Shown: one piece after another, positions 22,784 through 33,070 of the stretch | How the letters are laid out: every line of letters begins with the position of its first letter | Position numbering within the stretch: the stretch's first letter is position 1 | NCBI GenBank assembly: GCA_965232515.1 | Contig: CBDDPY010000002.1 | Span: 5,504,001-5,568,000, forward strand | Source: Alphaproteobacteria bacterium | GTDB lineage: Bacteria; Pseudomonadota; Alphaproteobacteria; GCA-2731375 | Length of the DNA stretch: 64,000 bases | Direction: 5' to 3' | Position numbers and translations under genes: made by a program | The notes under the pieces: generated by a model | What the model was told of the DNA's origin: nothing | Seen by the model: only the letters and a program-made list of their open reading frames with translations | The model's database searches: none

Positions 22784-23776
22784 GTGACCGCGTTCATCGT
22801 CCGCCGGCTGCTGCAATCGATCGCGGTGATGCTGGCGGTCGCCTTCGTTTCCTTCGCGCTGTTCAACTTCGTCGGCGATCCCATCAACAACATGTTGGGA
22901 CAGGAGGCGACGACCGAGGACCGCGCCGAGCTGCGCGAGCGGCTCGGTCTGAACGACCCCTTCATCGTTCAGTTCGGCCGTTTCGTCGGCAATGCGCTGC
23001 AGGGCGAGTTCGGCATCTCCTACCGGCTGAAGCGGCCGGTCAACGATCTCATCGCCGAACGCCTGCCGGCGACGATGGAGTTGGTGACGGCGTCCGCCAT
23101 CCTGGCGCTCGCCTTCGGCGTGCCGCTCGGCGTTTTCACCGGCTTGCGGCGTGACAGCTGGTTCAGCCGCTTCGTGCTGACCACATCGCTCGTCGGCGTC
23201 TCGCTGCCGACCTTCGTGATTGGCATTTTTCTGATCTATATCTTCTCCGTCACGCTCGGCGTGCTGCCGTCCTTCGGGCGCGGCGAGACCGTCGATATCG
23301 GCGGCTGGACCACCGGCCTGCTGACGGCGGGCGGCTGGCGTTCACTGATCCTGCCGGCGATCACGCTCAGCTTGTTTCAGACGACGCTGATCCTGCGTCT
23401 GGTCCGGGCCGAGATGCTGGAGGTCCTGCGCACCGACTACATCCGTTTCGCCCGTGCGCGCGGCCTGACCAACCGGGCGGTTAATTTCGGCCATGCGCTG
23501 AAGAACACGCTGGTGCCGGTGATCACCATTACCGGCCTCCAGGTCGGCTCGCTGATCGCCTTCTCGATCATCACCGAGACCGTGTTCCAGTGGCCCGGCA
23601 TGGGCTTCCTGTTCATCGCCGGCCTGAATTTCGCCGACATCCCGATCATGGCCGCCTATCTGGTCATGGTCGCCTTCGTCTTCGTGGTCATCAACCTGGT
23701 CGTCGACATCCTCTACTACGTCGTCGATCCACGTCTGCGCATCGACCGCGCCGTCGCCGCGGGCAGGACGGGATGA
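22784..23776 (+). CDS. ABC peptide permease, DppB-like
   Basis: RLPATMEL, EAA-loop region DYIRFARARGL, ETVFQWPG. Confidence 0.93.
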   Translation: MTAFIVRRLLQSIAVMLAVAFVSFALFNFVGDPINNMLGQEATTEDRAELRERLGLNDPFIVQFGRFVGNALQGEFGISYRLKRPVNDLIAERLPATMELVTASAILALAFGVPLGVFTGLRRDSWFSRFVLTTSLVGVSLPTFVIGIFLIYIFSVTLGVLPSFGRGETVDIGGWTTGLLTAGGWRSLILPAITLSLFQTTLILRLVRAEMLEVLRTDYIRFARARGLTNRAVNFGHALKNTLVPVITITGLQVGSLIAFSIITETVFQWPGMGFLFIAGLNFADIPIMAAYLVMVAFVFVVINLVVDILYYVVDPRLRIDRAVAAGRTG

Positions 23777-24711
23777 GCGCGCCAGCGGATACGCGCGAGC
23801 TCGGCGCCTTCGCGCGGGTCTGGGACAGCGATCTCGGCTACAAGTTCCGGCGCTCGCCACTGGCGATCCTGGCGACGGCGCTGACGCTGACATTCTTCCT
23901 GGCCGCGGCCTTCGCGCCTTTGCTGGCGCCGCACAATCCCTTCGATCCGTCGACGCTGCGGCTGATCAACGCCTTCACGCCGCCGGTCTGGGTCGAGGAC
24001 GGCACGCCGGAATTCCTGCTCGGCACCGACGACCAGGGCCGCGACATCTTGTCCACGCTGATGTACGGCGCCCGGATCTCGCTCATCGTCGGTTTCGCCA
24101 GCGTGATCTTCTCGGTCGTCATGGGCGTCGGCCTGGGCGTCTTGAGCGGCTATGTCGGCGGCTGGTTCGAATCCGTGGTCATGCGCTGCGCCGACCTGCA
24201 GCTCACCATTCCCGGCATCCTGATCGCGCTCTTCGTCGACGGCATCACGCGCACGATCCTGCCGCGCGAGGTGCACAACGACATCGCCATCTATGTGGTG
24301 ATCTTCGCCATCGGCATCTCCGACTGGCCGCAATATGCCCGCGTCACCCGCGGCGCCACGCTGGTCGAGAAGGGCAAGGAATATGTCCAGGCCGCCCGCG
24401 TCGTCGGCGTCGGCCCTTGGCGCATCATGTTCCGCCACGTGCTGCCGAACGTGCTGACGCCGGTATTGGTGCTGGCCACCATCGGCCTGGCGCTCGCCAT
24501 CATCTCCGAGGCGACGCTGTCGTTCCTCGGCGTCGGCGTGCCGCCCACGACGCCGTCGCTCGGCACGCTGATCCGCGTCGGCAACGCCTTCCTGTTCTCG
24601 GGCGAATGGTGGATCACCATGTTCCCCTGCATCGCCCTCGTCGCGCTCGTGCTGTCCGTCAACCTGATGGGCGACTGGCTCCGCGACGCCCTGAACCCAA
24701 AACTGCGTTAG
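23773..24711 (+). CDS. ABC peptide permease, DppC-like
   Basis: LGTDDQGRD, YGARISL, EYVQAA, GDWLRDALNP; ATGA overlap with upstream permease. Confidence 0.93.
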   Translation: MSAPADTRELGAFARVWDSDLGYKFRRSPLAILATALTLTFFLAAAFAPLLAPHNPFDPSTLRLINAFTPPVWVEDGTPEFLLGTDDQGRDILSTLMYGARISLIVGFASVIFSVVMGVGLGVLSGYVGGWFESVVMRCADLQLTIPGILIALFVDGITRTILPREVHNDIAIYVVIFAIGISDWPQYARVTRGATLVEKGKEYVQAARVVGVGPWRIMFRHVLPNVLTPVLVLATIGLALAIISEATLSFLGVGVPPTTPSLGTLIRVGNAFLFSGEWWITMFPCIALVALVLSVNLMGDWLRDALNPKLR

Positions 24712-24721
24712 CTGGCGCCAC

Positions 24722-25393
24722 ATGCTGTTCGTCATCGAGGGGATCGACGGCGCCGGCAAGGGTACGTTGGCCCGTAATCTCGTCTCCCGCGCGGAAGCCG
24801 ATCGTGTAAACGTCGGGACGCTGTCATTTCCGCGCTACGACGACACCCGCTTCGCCAAGCTCATCGGTCAGTACTTGAATGGCCGCTTCGGCGCGCTGGA
24901 CGAGGTCTCGGTGCATTTCGCGGCGCTGCTCTACGCCGGCGACCGCTTCGAGAGCCGCGACGACCTCATGGCGCTGATCGCCGGTCATGACTTGGTTATC
25001 CTCGACCGTTACGTCGCTTCGAATGTCGCCTACAACGCCGCCAAGCTGCCGCCGGCCGAGCGCCAACCGCTGATCGATTGGATCTTCGAGACCGAGTTCG
25101 ACCTGTTCGAACTTCCGAAGCCCGACCTCACCGGCCTGCTCGGCACCTCGCCCGACACCGCCGACGACCTGGTGGCGAAAAAAGACAGCCGCAGCTACAC
25201 CGAGGCCAAGAAGGACCTGCACGAGGCCGACCGCGACTACATGACCGAGGTCGCCCGCGTCTACGACCGCCTCTGCGCCGACAACGCGATGGGTCCGTGG
25301 TTGCGTTTCGACCCCGCCGGCCCCGACGACCAGCTCCTGCCCCCCGGCCACATCGCCGACGGCGTCTGGCGCGAGATCAAGGCGCGGCTGTAG
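24722..25393 (+). CDS. tmk: Thymidylate kinase (FPRY type)
   Basis: EGIDGAGKGT P-loop, FPRY, DRYVASN, PD motif. Confidence 0.85.
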   Translation: MLFVIEGIDGAGKGTLARNLVSRAEADRVNVGTLSFPRYDDTRFAKLIGQYLNGRFGALDEVSVHFAALLYAGDRFESRDDLMALIAGHDLVILDRYVASNVAYNAAKLPPAERQPLIDWIFETEFDLFELPKPDLTGLLGTSPDTADDLVAKKDSRSYTEAKKDLHEADRDYMTEVARVYDRLCADNAMGPWLRFDPAGPDDQLLPPGHIADGVWREIKARL

Positions 25394-25546
25394 TCGGCAG
25401 GCAAGCTGGACGCGCATCGACGCCCGCCCCGGTCAAGATCGTTGGCGCCGCACGGGTCCGAGATCCGACGTCGCAATCCGGGCCGATAGATCGAAAAGGC
25501 CAAACGCACTAGACTTGAGGGTCGCTGATGTCCCGATGAGGCGACA

Positions 25547-28500
25547 ATGGCACGGGACGTTCGGGAGTGGCTCGAGGGTCTGAAGCTCGGACAATATGCG
25601 CAAGCGTTTGTCGAGAACGACGTCGATCACGCCCTGTTGCCGGAGCTTAGCGAAAACGATCTGGAAAAACTCGGCGTCGCTTCCCTCGGTCATCGCAAGC
25701 GGCTGGTCAAGGCGATAGCGCTCCTGAGGGCCGACATCGCGTCCGAGCGTTCCGTCGCGGCGGCGGCACTTACGCCGATCCCGCCGGGCGCGGGCGCGGA
25801 AGCGGAACGCCGTCAGCTTTCCGTGATGTTCTGCGATCTTGTCGGGTCCACGCCGCTCTCCGAACGGCTCGACCCCGAGGACCTGCGCGACGTGATCCGG
25901 GCCTATCAGGACGCCGTCGCGCGGGCGGCGAAGCACTATGGCGGGCATATCGCCAGATATCTCGGAGATGGACTGCTCGTCTACTTCGGCTGGCCGCGGG
26001 CACATGAAGATCAGGCCGAACGTGCGATACGGGCCGGACTGGCGGCGATCGCCGCCGTCAGGAACACGCAACTGGAAGGGGATTTGCAGCTCAATGCCCG
26101 GGTCGGCATCGCGACCGGACGCGTGGTGATTGGCGATCTCGTCGGCGATGTGGGCCGCGACGTCGATGCCGTCACCGGTGAGACTCCCAACCTCGCGGCT
26201 CGACTGCAGGGTGTTGCCCGATCAAACCAGGTTGTTATCGACGCCGCCACCTACGGTCTGGTCGGCACGGCATTTGAACTCGAGGACATGGGGGTCCGTG
26301 ATCTGAAGGGTTTCTCCCAGCCCGTACCGGTCTGGAACGTACGTGGCGAAGGCAAGGCGGAAAGCCGTTTCGATGCCGCGCACGAGGGGCGCCTGGCCCG
26401 CTTTGTCGGCCGGGAGCACGAACTTGGCCTTGTGCGGGAACGCTGGGAATTGGCGAAACGTGCCGAAGGTCAGGCCGTGTTTTTGACGGGAGAAGCCGGC
26501 ATCGGCAAATCTCGCCTGATACAGGCGTTGCGCGAGGAGATCGGCGACGATCGCTATTTTTACCTCCGCTACCAGTGTTCCCCCTATCATACGAACACCG
26601 CCTTCTACCCGGTTATTCAGCGTCTGGAACGCGCGGCCGGTTTTACGGGCGAGGACGACCCCGACACCCGTTTGGACAAGCTCGACGCTCTGGTCCGACG
26701 GATTTCGGCCGACGATGATCCCGACGTCGCGGATTTCGCGGCGCTTCTGTCGCTGCCCGCCGAACTGCGCTACGGCGCCCGGGAATTGTCGCCGCAACAG
26801 CAACGCGATCGCACGATCGAAGCGTTGATCGGTCAGCTCGTCGATCTGAGCCGGCTCCGGCCGGTTCTGTTCCTGCTGGAAGATGCCCACTGGATCGATC
26901 CGACGACGGAGGCGCTGATTGGTGAGGCGATGACGCGCATAGACGACGTACCGGCGCTGATGGTGATCACGTCGCGTCCCGAATACCTGCCGCCCTGGAC
27001 CAATCTCCCGAACCTGACCACGATCACGTTGAACCGTTTGTCCCGAGCGCAATGCGCGGAAATCGCCCGGGATATTGGCCGCGACCGGCTGACCGACAAC
27101 ATGATCGCGCAAATCGTCGCCCGGACGGATGGCGTGCCGCTGTTTGTCGAGGAACTGGCGAAGTCTCTGCTGGATAGCGACGAGGATCAGGCTGAGATAC
27201 CGGCGTCTTTGCAGGCCTTATTGACCGCTCGGCTGGACCGGCTGGGAAGCGCCGGCAAGCTTGCGCCGCTGGCGGCGACGCTGGGCAGGTCCTTCCACTA
27301 TCGCCTGATCCGCGCGGCATGCACCTTGGATAATCGCGAGTTGGACGCGACGCTGACCGCCATGACCGAGGCTGGACTGCTGTTCCTGCGCGGTACGCCG
27401 CCACAGGCCACCTACACGTTCAAACACGCGCTTATTCAAGACGCCGCATACAAGACCCTGCTCAGAAGCAAGCGGCAGCAATATCATCGCAACGTCGCCG
27501 AGGTCTTGCAGCGGGACTTCCGGGAGCAGGCGGCAACCGAGCCCGAATTGGTCGCGCGGCACCTGTCGCTGGCGGGACTGACCGAAAAGGCCGTCGCATT
27601 CTGGTTGCTCGCGGGCCAGCGCGCGGGCGAGCGGTCCGCGCATGTCGAGGCCATTGCAAATCTGCGGAACGGTCTTCGCGAACTTGAGCTGTTGCCCAAG
27701 TCTTCGCTGCGGGATGAACGGGAATTCGACCTTCGTATCGCCCTCGGCGCGTCACTGTTGGCGGTGAAGGGATGGTCCGCGCCGGACGTCGAGGAAAACT
27801 ACGAACTGGCGCAGGAACTGAGTGCGAGCACCGGCGACATTCGCAAGCTGTTCACCGCTTTGCGTGGACTGTTCAATGTCTTTCTGCTTAAGGGGCAGAT
27901 CGGCAACGCATGCCGCCTGGCCGACCGTCTTCTGTCGATCGCCCAACAGCAAGGTGATAAGGCGTTGCTGCTGGAAGGCTACCGAACGGTCGGCATGTGC
28001 GGGTTCTTTGTCGGAGACTTCGTGGCTGCGCATGAGAACCTGCAGCGCGCGAACGCGATCTATGACCGGTCACTGCATCATGCGCACGCCTTCGTCTACG
28101 GTACGGATCCCGCGGTGGTCGGTCTGAGTGTCGGCGGTTGGGTGGAGTGGTTTCTCGGCAATCCCGAAGCCGCCAGAAACAGCGCCGATGCCGCCGTCCG
28201 CCTCGCCGAAGAGGTGAAACATCCGTTCAGTCTGGCCTATGCCCGCAGCTTGGCCGCTTCCGTCTATCAGGTCTGCCGCCTGCCGGACGTGGCGCGCGAA
28301 CACGCCGAAGCGGCGATTATCATCGCGGAAGAGCATGACTATCCCTACTGGCGCGGATGGGCGACCGTGATGCAGGGCTGGGCGCTGGCCGCTCTCGGCG
28401 AGCCGGACAGGGGCATCGATTTTCTCAGGCGCGGGCTTGATATCTACGAGAGCACCGGCGCCCGGCAGATCAGGCCCTACATTCTGACCCTGCTGGCGGA

Positions 28501-28861
28501 AATGTACGGTTGGGCCGGAGCGCCGCGGGAAGGGATCGACGTGCTGGTCGAAGCGCTGGATGCGGGGAGCCGGTCGGATGTTTGTTTCTACGAAGCCGAA
28601 GCCGCGCGGATTCAAGGCGAGTTGTTGCGCCAGTCGCGGGCCGGGGATGGCCAAACGCAGTTCGAAACTGCCTTGAACCTCTCACGTCGCCAATATGCTC
28701 GTGGGCTCGAGCTGCGGGCGGCCTTGAGCGCGGCGCGCGCGTCGATCGCGCGCGGCGACAGAGCGGCCGCGGAAGCTCTCGTCAGCGCGATCTACCGGAC
28801 GTTTGACGCGCATCTAACGGACCCGGATCTGGCCGACGCGCGAGCAATACTCGGTGCCTGA
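25547..28861 (+). CDS. SAM - class III nucleotide cyclase - AAA/STAND ATPase - TPR protein
   Basis: SAM (WL..LKLGQY, LGHRKRL), ERRQLSVMFCDLVGST, GDG, NLAARLQ, GEAGIGKS, EDAHW, FKHAL. Confidence 0.93.
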   Translation: MARDVREWLEGLKLGQYAQAFVENDVDHALLPELSENDLEKLGVASLGHRKRLVKAIALLRADIASERSVAAAALTPIPPGAGAEAERRQLSVMFCDLVGSTPLSERLDPEDLRDVIRAYQDAVARAAKHYGGHIARYLGDGLLVYFGWPRAHEDQAERAIRAGLAAIAAVRNTQLEGDLQLNARVGIATGRVVIGDLVGDVGRDVDAVTGETPNLAARLQGVARSNQVVIDAATYGLVGTAFELEDMGVRDLKGFSQPVPVWNVRGEGKAESRFDAAHEGRLARFVGREHELGLVRERWELAKRAEGQAVFLTGEAGIGKSRLIQALREEIGDDRYFYLRYQCSPYHTNTAFYPVIQRLERAAGFTGEDDPDTRLDKLDALVRRISADDDPDVADFAALLSLPAELRYGARELSPQQQRDRTIEALIGQLVDLSRLRPVLFLLEDAHWIDPTTEALIGEAMTRIDDVPALMVITSRPEYLPPWTNLPNLTTITLNRLSRAQCAEIARDIGRDRLTDNMIAQIVARTDGVPLFVEELAKSLLDSDEDQAEIPASLQALLTARLDRLGSAGKLAPLAATLGRSFHYRLIRAACTLDNRELDATLTAMTEAGLLFLRGTPPQATYTFKHALIQDAAYKTLLRSKRQQYHRNVAEVLQRDFREQAATEPELVARHLSLAGLTEKAVAFWLLAGQRAGERSAHVEAIANLRNGLRELELLPKSSLRDEREFDLRIALGASLLAVKGWSAPDVEENYELAQELSASTGDIRKLFTALRGLFNVFLLKGQIGNACRLADRLLSIAQQQGDKALLLEGYRTVGMCGFFVGDFVAAHENLQRANAIYDRSLHHAHAFVYGTDPAVVGLSVGGWVEWFLGNPEAARNSADAAVRLAEEVKHPFSLAYARSLAASVYQVCRLPDVAREHAEAAIIIAEEHDYPYWRGWATVMQGWALAALGEPDRGIDFLRRGLDIYESTGARQIRPYILTLLAEMYGWAGAPREGIDVLVEALDAGSRSDVCFYEAEAARIQGELLRQSRAGDGQTQFETALNLSRRQYARGLELRAALSAARASIARGDRAAAEALVSAIYRTFDAHLTDPDLADARAILGA

Positions 28862-28896
28862 TTCCGGCCGCGCACGACGACGTCGTGACGACCTGG

Positions 28897-29772
28897 CTAA
28901 GCGCCGGTGTTGATGATGTAGGGATGCTTGCAACGTCCCAGGCAGTAGTCCTTCTGTGTCGGCAGCTCGGATTCGCGTGGCCGGCCACGGAACATCAGGT
29001 CGATGCAACTGTCCGGGCCGGACTGATAATCGGCGTGGCTTTGCGGCAGCAGAACACCGTCTTCATATACCGCGATGACGATGATGCCCGGTCCCTTGGC
29101 GAACAGCTTGTGGTCCAGCAGCCGGGCCTCGATATCGGCCAGCTTTTCGTCGGAAAACATCACCGTATCGGGAAATGGATTGTTGCGATCTTGCTTCTTC
29201 TTGATCACCTGATACGTGTCCGGGGCCACGGCAATGGCCCAGAAATGTTGCCGTTGCCATACGCGATTGCCGTTCAAGGTTATCGAGATCGTCGTATCGA
29301 CCTCGATATAGCCGCCGGCCGTGTCGTCATTGAAATAGTAGTGCCGGATCTTGCCGATCGATTCGAGACCGACCTTGTTCTCGTCGGCGAACTTATCCTC
29401 GTCGTCGAGCTTGCGGACGGCGGCTTCGATCAGGGCGCGGGCATAGGCGCCGCCTAGACCCGACAACGTGGCGGGAATGTCGGATTTGGGATCGTATCCC
29501 TGCAGTTTCGTCAACAGGCCCCTGAAGTCGGGCTTTGCGTCGGGGGCGGGCTCTTTGCCGTCCAATGCCAGCAAGATTTCCCACAGCTTGTCGGGGTCCG
29601 ACAGGACCTGGTCGGCGGCCAGGTCGCCAAAGTTCACCTGCATCGGGCCGACCTCGCCGGCGGAGAGCCGGTCCGGCGTCACGACTGGTTGTGTCGGTCG
29701 GGGTTTGGTACAGGCCGCGGCGGCGAACACGGCTGCGATCGCTGCCAGATGCACGAACCGATAGCGTGTCAT
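28897..29772 (-). CDS. Hypothetical lipoprotein
   Basis: Basic N-terminus, hydrophobic stretch, AAAC lipobox; GGAGGGG before ATG. Confidence 0.75.
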   Translation of the reverse strand: MTRYRFVHLAAIAAVFAAAACTKPRPTQPVVTPDRLSAGEVGPMQVNFGDLAADQVLSDPDKLWEILLALDGKEPAPDAKPDFRGLLTKLQGYDPKSDIPATLSGLGGAYARALIEAAVRKLDDEDKFADENKVGLESIGKIRHYYFNDDTAGGYIEVDTTISITLNGNRVWQRQHFWAIAVAPDTYQVIKKKQDRNNPFPDTVMFSDEKLADIEARLLDHKLFAKGPGIIVIAVYEDGVLLPQSHADYQSGPDSCIDLMFRGRPRESELPTQKDYCLGRCKHPYIINTGA

Positions 29773-30066
29773 TGATCCCCTCCCGCTTCTTAGACCGTTG
29801 CATCAACGCATCTGCAAACTGACCAAGATACGAACGCGAGCAGAATCAAGCTTGCCGGCACTACGGCTTATCGTTGTTTATTATGTCGGAAACGCAAGTT
29901 ACTGCATCAGATTATCGTTGTTCTGTCCAGGCACAAGTGATGGAAGGGGCCGACCCAACCGCATTAGGTGCGGTGGCGCCGTTGCCGTTCCGCAACCGTG
30001 GATCAGGTCGCCTTTTTAGGATGGGTGCGTTCGGCGTGTTCGCCGACGATTTGACGGCGCCGCGCC

Positions 30067-31341
30067 TTAAACGATCCGCGACTGCATCCAGGCGGCGATG
30101 GACAGCAGCTTGTCGTCGCCACCCATGGCGCCGACGGCCTGCACGCCTAGCGGCAGGCCGTTCGGGCCGACATGGCCGGGCAGGCTGACGCACGGTACGC
30201 CCAGCAGCGTCGTCATGCGGTTGAACAGCGGATCGCCGGTGGTCTCGAGTCCCGCCGGCGCCTCGCCCGCCGCGCTCGGCATCAGCATGGCGTCGTATTC
30301 GTGCATCAGGTCGTACCAGTAGCGCCGGCAGTCGTCGCGCACGCCGATCGCCGCCTCGTAGTCCGCATGCACCATGGCCAGGCCGTCGGCGATCAGGTCG
30401 TAGATATGCTGGCTCAGCTTGGTGCTGTGGCGGGCCCATTCGAACGGCAGGGCGCGGGCCGCGTCAAACGTCATCACCGTCCGGTGCGCCTCGACCGACC
30501 GATCGAACGGCGTCGGCAGGTCGATCTCGTCGACCACGGCGCCGGCATCGCGCAGGGCCGTGGCGGCGTCCTCGACGGCCTGCTGCATCACCGGCTCGGC
30601 CTGGTTCCATTCGTAGGTCCGGCAGAGGCCGATGCGCGGCGCTCCATCGAGCGCGTGCGGATGCGCCGGCGCGTCCAGCAGCGCCGCCCGCACCAGGCAG
30701 GCGTCCTCCACTGAGCGCGAGAACGTGCCCAGCGTGTCGAGCGTAAACGCCAGCGGCTTGATCCGGCTGAGATCGAAGCTGTCCCGCGACGACTTGTAGC
30801 CGACGACGCCGCAGTAAGACGCCGGCCGGATCACCGAGCCGCCGGTTTGGGTGCCGTAGGCGAGCGGGATCATGCAGTCGGCCACGGCCGCGGCCGAGCC
30901 GCTCGATGAGCCGCCTGGCGTATGCGCGGGGTTGTGTGGATTATGTGTCTTGCCGGGCTGGAAGAAGGCGAATTCCGTGGTCACCGTCTTGCCCATGATG
31001 ATCGCGCCCATGGTGCGGATCATGGCGACGCATGAGGCGTCGCGGCTCGGCCGGTGGCCCTGATAGATCGGCGAGCCGTAGGCCGTCGGCATGTCGTAGG
31101 TGTCGATGATGTCCTTCACGCCGAACGGCAGGCCGTGCAGCGGTCCGCGCAATGCGCCGGCATCGCGCCGTTTCGCCTGCTCCAGCGCCAGTTCCGGATC
31201 GAGGAACTCCCAGGCCTGGACCTCGCCCTCTCGGGCCTCGATCCGCTCCAGACAGGCTCGCGTCAGGGATTCTGAACTGATGGCGCTGTCGGCGATGGCG
31301 GTCGCCGCCTCGCAGGCGGTCAGCTCGTTCAGCGGTTTCAT
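30067..31341 (-). CDS. Amidase signature family enzyme
   Basis: GVKD, PGGSSSGSAAAV, GTQTGGSVIRPA; GAGGG before ATG 31341. Confidence 0.93.
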   Translation of the reverse strand: MKPLNELTACEAATAIADSAISSESLTRACLERIEAREGEVQAWEFLDPELALEQAKRRDAGALRGPLHGLPFGVKDIIDTYDMPTAYGSPIYQGHRPSRDASCVAMIRTMGAIIMGKTVTTEFAFFQPGKTHNPHNPAHTPGGSSSGSAAAVADCMIPLAYGTQTGGSVIRPASYCGVVGYKSSRDSFDLSRIKPLAFTLDTLGTFSRSVEDACLVRAALLDAPAHPHALDGAPRIGLCRTYEWNQAEPVMQQAVEDAATALRDAGAVVDEIDLPTPFDRSVEAHRTVMTFDAARALPFEWARHSTKLSQHIYDLIADGLAMVHADYEAAIGVRDDCRRYWYDLMHEYDAMLMPSAAGEAPAGLETTGDPLFNRMTTLLGVPCVSLPGHVGPNGLPLGVQAVGAMGGDDKLLSIAAWMQSRIV

Positions 31342-31485
31342 CGTCTTGCCCTCACGATTCGACGTCACCACATTAGAACACGGTATTTTACGCGTATCAG
31401 CGCCGGGAACGCACCGCACGGCGCGCCGCTTGCACTGCGGCTGAAGATAGAGAGAATCTACCGGCCAAAGATGAAGGACCCGGTA

Positions 31486-32988
31486 ATGCGGCGCCTGATC
31501 TTGCCGATTTTGGGAATGTTTTTGTTTTGTTCGGTTCCGGCCGCGGCGGCGGTGGAATTCGGCCGTTATCGCGCCCTCGTCATCGGCATCAACGACTATC
31601 AGCACCTGCCGAACCTGGAAACGGCGGTCAATGACGCCAGCGCCATGGCCGATCTCTTGCGCCGGCAATACGGCTACGAGGTCTCGTTGCTGCTGAACCC
31701 GACGCGCTATCAGATGGTCCGGGCGCTGAACGAGATGCGGGCCGAGCTGACGCCGGACGACAATCTGCTCATCTACTATGCCGGCCACGGCGTGCTCGAC
31801 CGAGAGACCGACCGGGGCTTCTGGCTGCCGATCGATGCCGAGACCGACAACGAGGCGAACTGGATCTCGAACGAGACGCTGACCAGCAACCTGCGCGCCA
31901 TGTCGGCGAAGCATGTGCTGGTGATCGCCGATTCCTGCTATGCCGGCACGCTGGTGCGCACGGCCGACGCCGAGCTCAAGACCGGCACCGAGCGCAATGC
32001 CTGGCTCCAGCGCATGGCCGAAAGCCGCTCGCGCACGGCCATCGTCTCCGGCGGCCTCGAGCCGGTCAGCGACGGCGGCGGTGACGGCCATTCGGTATTC
32101 GCCCGCAAGCTGATCGAGGCGCTGCGCGGCAACGACGACGTCATGGAGGCGCAGGGCCTGTTCGACCGCATCAAGGGCCAGGTCGTGGTCAACGCCGACC
32201 AGACGCCGCGCTATTCCGACATCCGCCGCGCCGGTCACGAGGGCGGCGACTTCCTGTTCGTGCCGACGGCGATTACCGCCGTCGAAGAGGCGCCGCCCCC
32301 GCCAACGGCGGCCGGCGGCGTCGACAGCGAGACCGCGGTCGAGCTCGCCTTCTGGGACGCCATCAAGGACAGCCAGGAGGCCGCCGACTACCAGGCCTAT
32401 CTCGACGCCTATCCGAAGGGCCGCTTCGCCAGCCTCGCCCGCCTGCGCCAGCAGCGGTTCGCGGTCGCGGCCCGGCCGCCTGCGCCGCGACAGCCGTCGC
32501 CGGCGCCCCAGCCTGCCCCGCAGGCCGCGCCCGCGCCGCCGACGATCCTCGCGCCGGCGCCCAGAACGAAGCCGGCGCTCAGGCCGGCGGAATCCGCGCC
32601 GCCGCCAACGCCGGCGCCCGAGCCCGAACCTGAGACGAAGGTCGCCGTCGCACCCCTCGTGCCGAAGGCCGCCGTCGATCCGCGCCGCTTCGACGGCGAC
32701 TGGCGCGGCGACACCGACATCTGCGGCCGCATCATCCGCGGCCTGAAAGAGCGGACGTTCCGCCTGGAATACACCGTCCGCGACGGCCGCATCGACGGCT
32801 ACCTCTACGAAGAGGTGGTGTTCGGCGGCAGCGAACCGCACCGCATGCAGGCCGAATTGCCGGCCGACGGCACGGTCGAGATCGACTTCCCGCTGTTCCG
32901 TTCGGTGCTGCGCTTCACCACCGACGCCGCCGGCAACCTCACCGCCCGCATCAACGACTGCCCCGTCCGCCTGCGCAAGCGCGGCTGA
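31486..32988 (+). CDS. Secreted caspase-family (peptidase C14) protein with Pro-rich linker; alternative start 31471
   Basis: Signal peptide; ALVIGINDY, YAGHG (His), DSC (Cys), GHSVF; FW..IK...Y..YL..YP.G.F helical motif. Confidence 0.9.
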   Translation: MRRLILPILGMFLFCSVPAAAAVEFGRYRALVIGINDYQHLPNLETAVNDASAMADLLRRQYGYEVSLLLNPTRYQMVRALNEMRAELTPDDNLLIYYAGHGVLDRETDRGFWLPIDAETDNEANWISNETLTSNLRAMSAKHVLVIADSCYAGTLVRTADAELKTGTERNAWLQRMAESRSRTAIVSGGLEPVSDGGGDGHSVFARKLIEALRGNDDVMEAQGLFDRIKGQVVVNADQTPRYSDIRRAGHEGGDFLFVPTAITAVEEAPPPPTAAGGVDSETAVELAFWDAIKDSQEAADYQAYLDAYPKGRFASLARLRQQRFAVAARPPAPRQPSPAPQPAPQAAPAPPTILAPAPRTKPALRPAESAPPPTPAPEPEPETKVAVAPLVPKAAVDPRRFDGDWRGDTDICGRIIRGLKERTFRLEYTVRDGRIDGYLYEEVVFGGSEPHRMQAELPADGTVEIDFPLFRSVLRFTTDAAGNLTARINDCPVRLRKRG

Positions 32989-33010
32989 CAAGGCGTCGTC
33001 CCTGGGGCCA

Positions 33011-33041
33011 CTGGATGCCCGGATCACGTCCGGGCATGACG
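33011..33041. repeat. Single REP-like palindrome (GTCAT-stem-ATCCA family)
   Basis: CTGGATGCCCGGATCACGTCCGGGCATGACG, one mismatch to the 9280 copy. Confidence 0.85.
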
Positions 33042-33070
33042 GTTACGGTGTCGCTATCAACGAAAACTCG

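Noticed and set aside
32460-32640. Low-complexity CCG/GCG repeats (also about 42680-42730)
   Set aside because: Explained by Pro/Ala-rich interdomain linkers.
30067-33027. 986-aa ORF looking like a giant amidase fusion
   Set aside because: The N-terminal part is the antisense of the caspase gene; the amidase has its own RBS and ATG at 31341.
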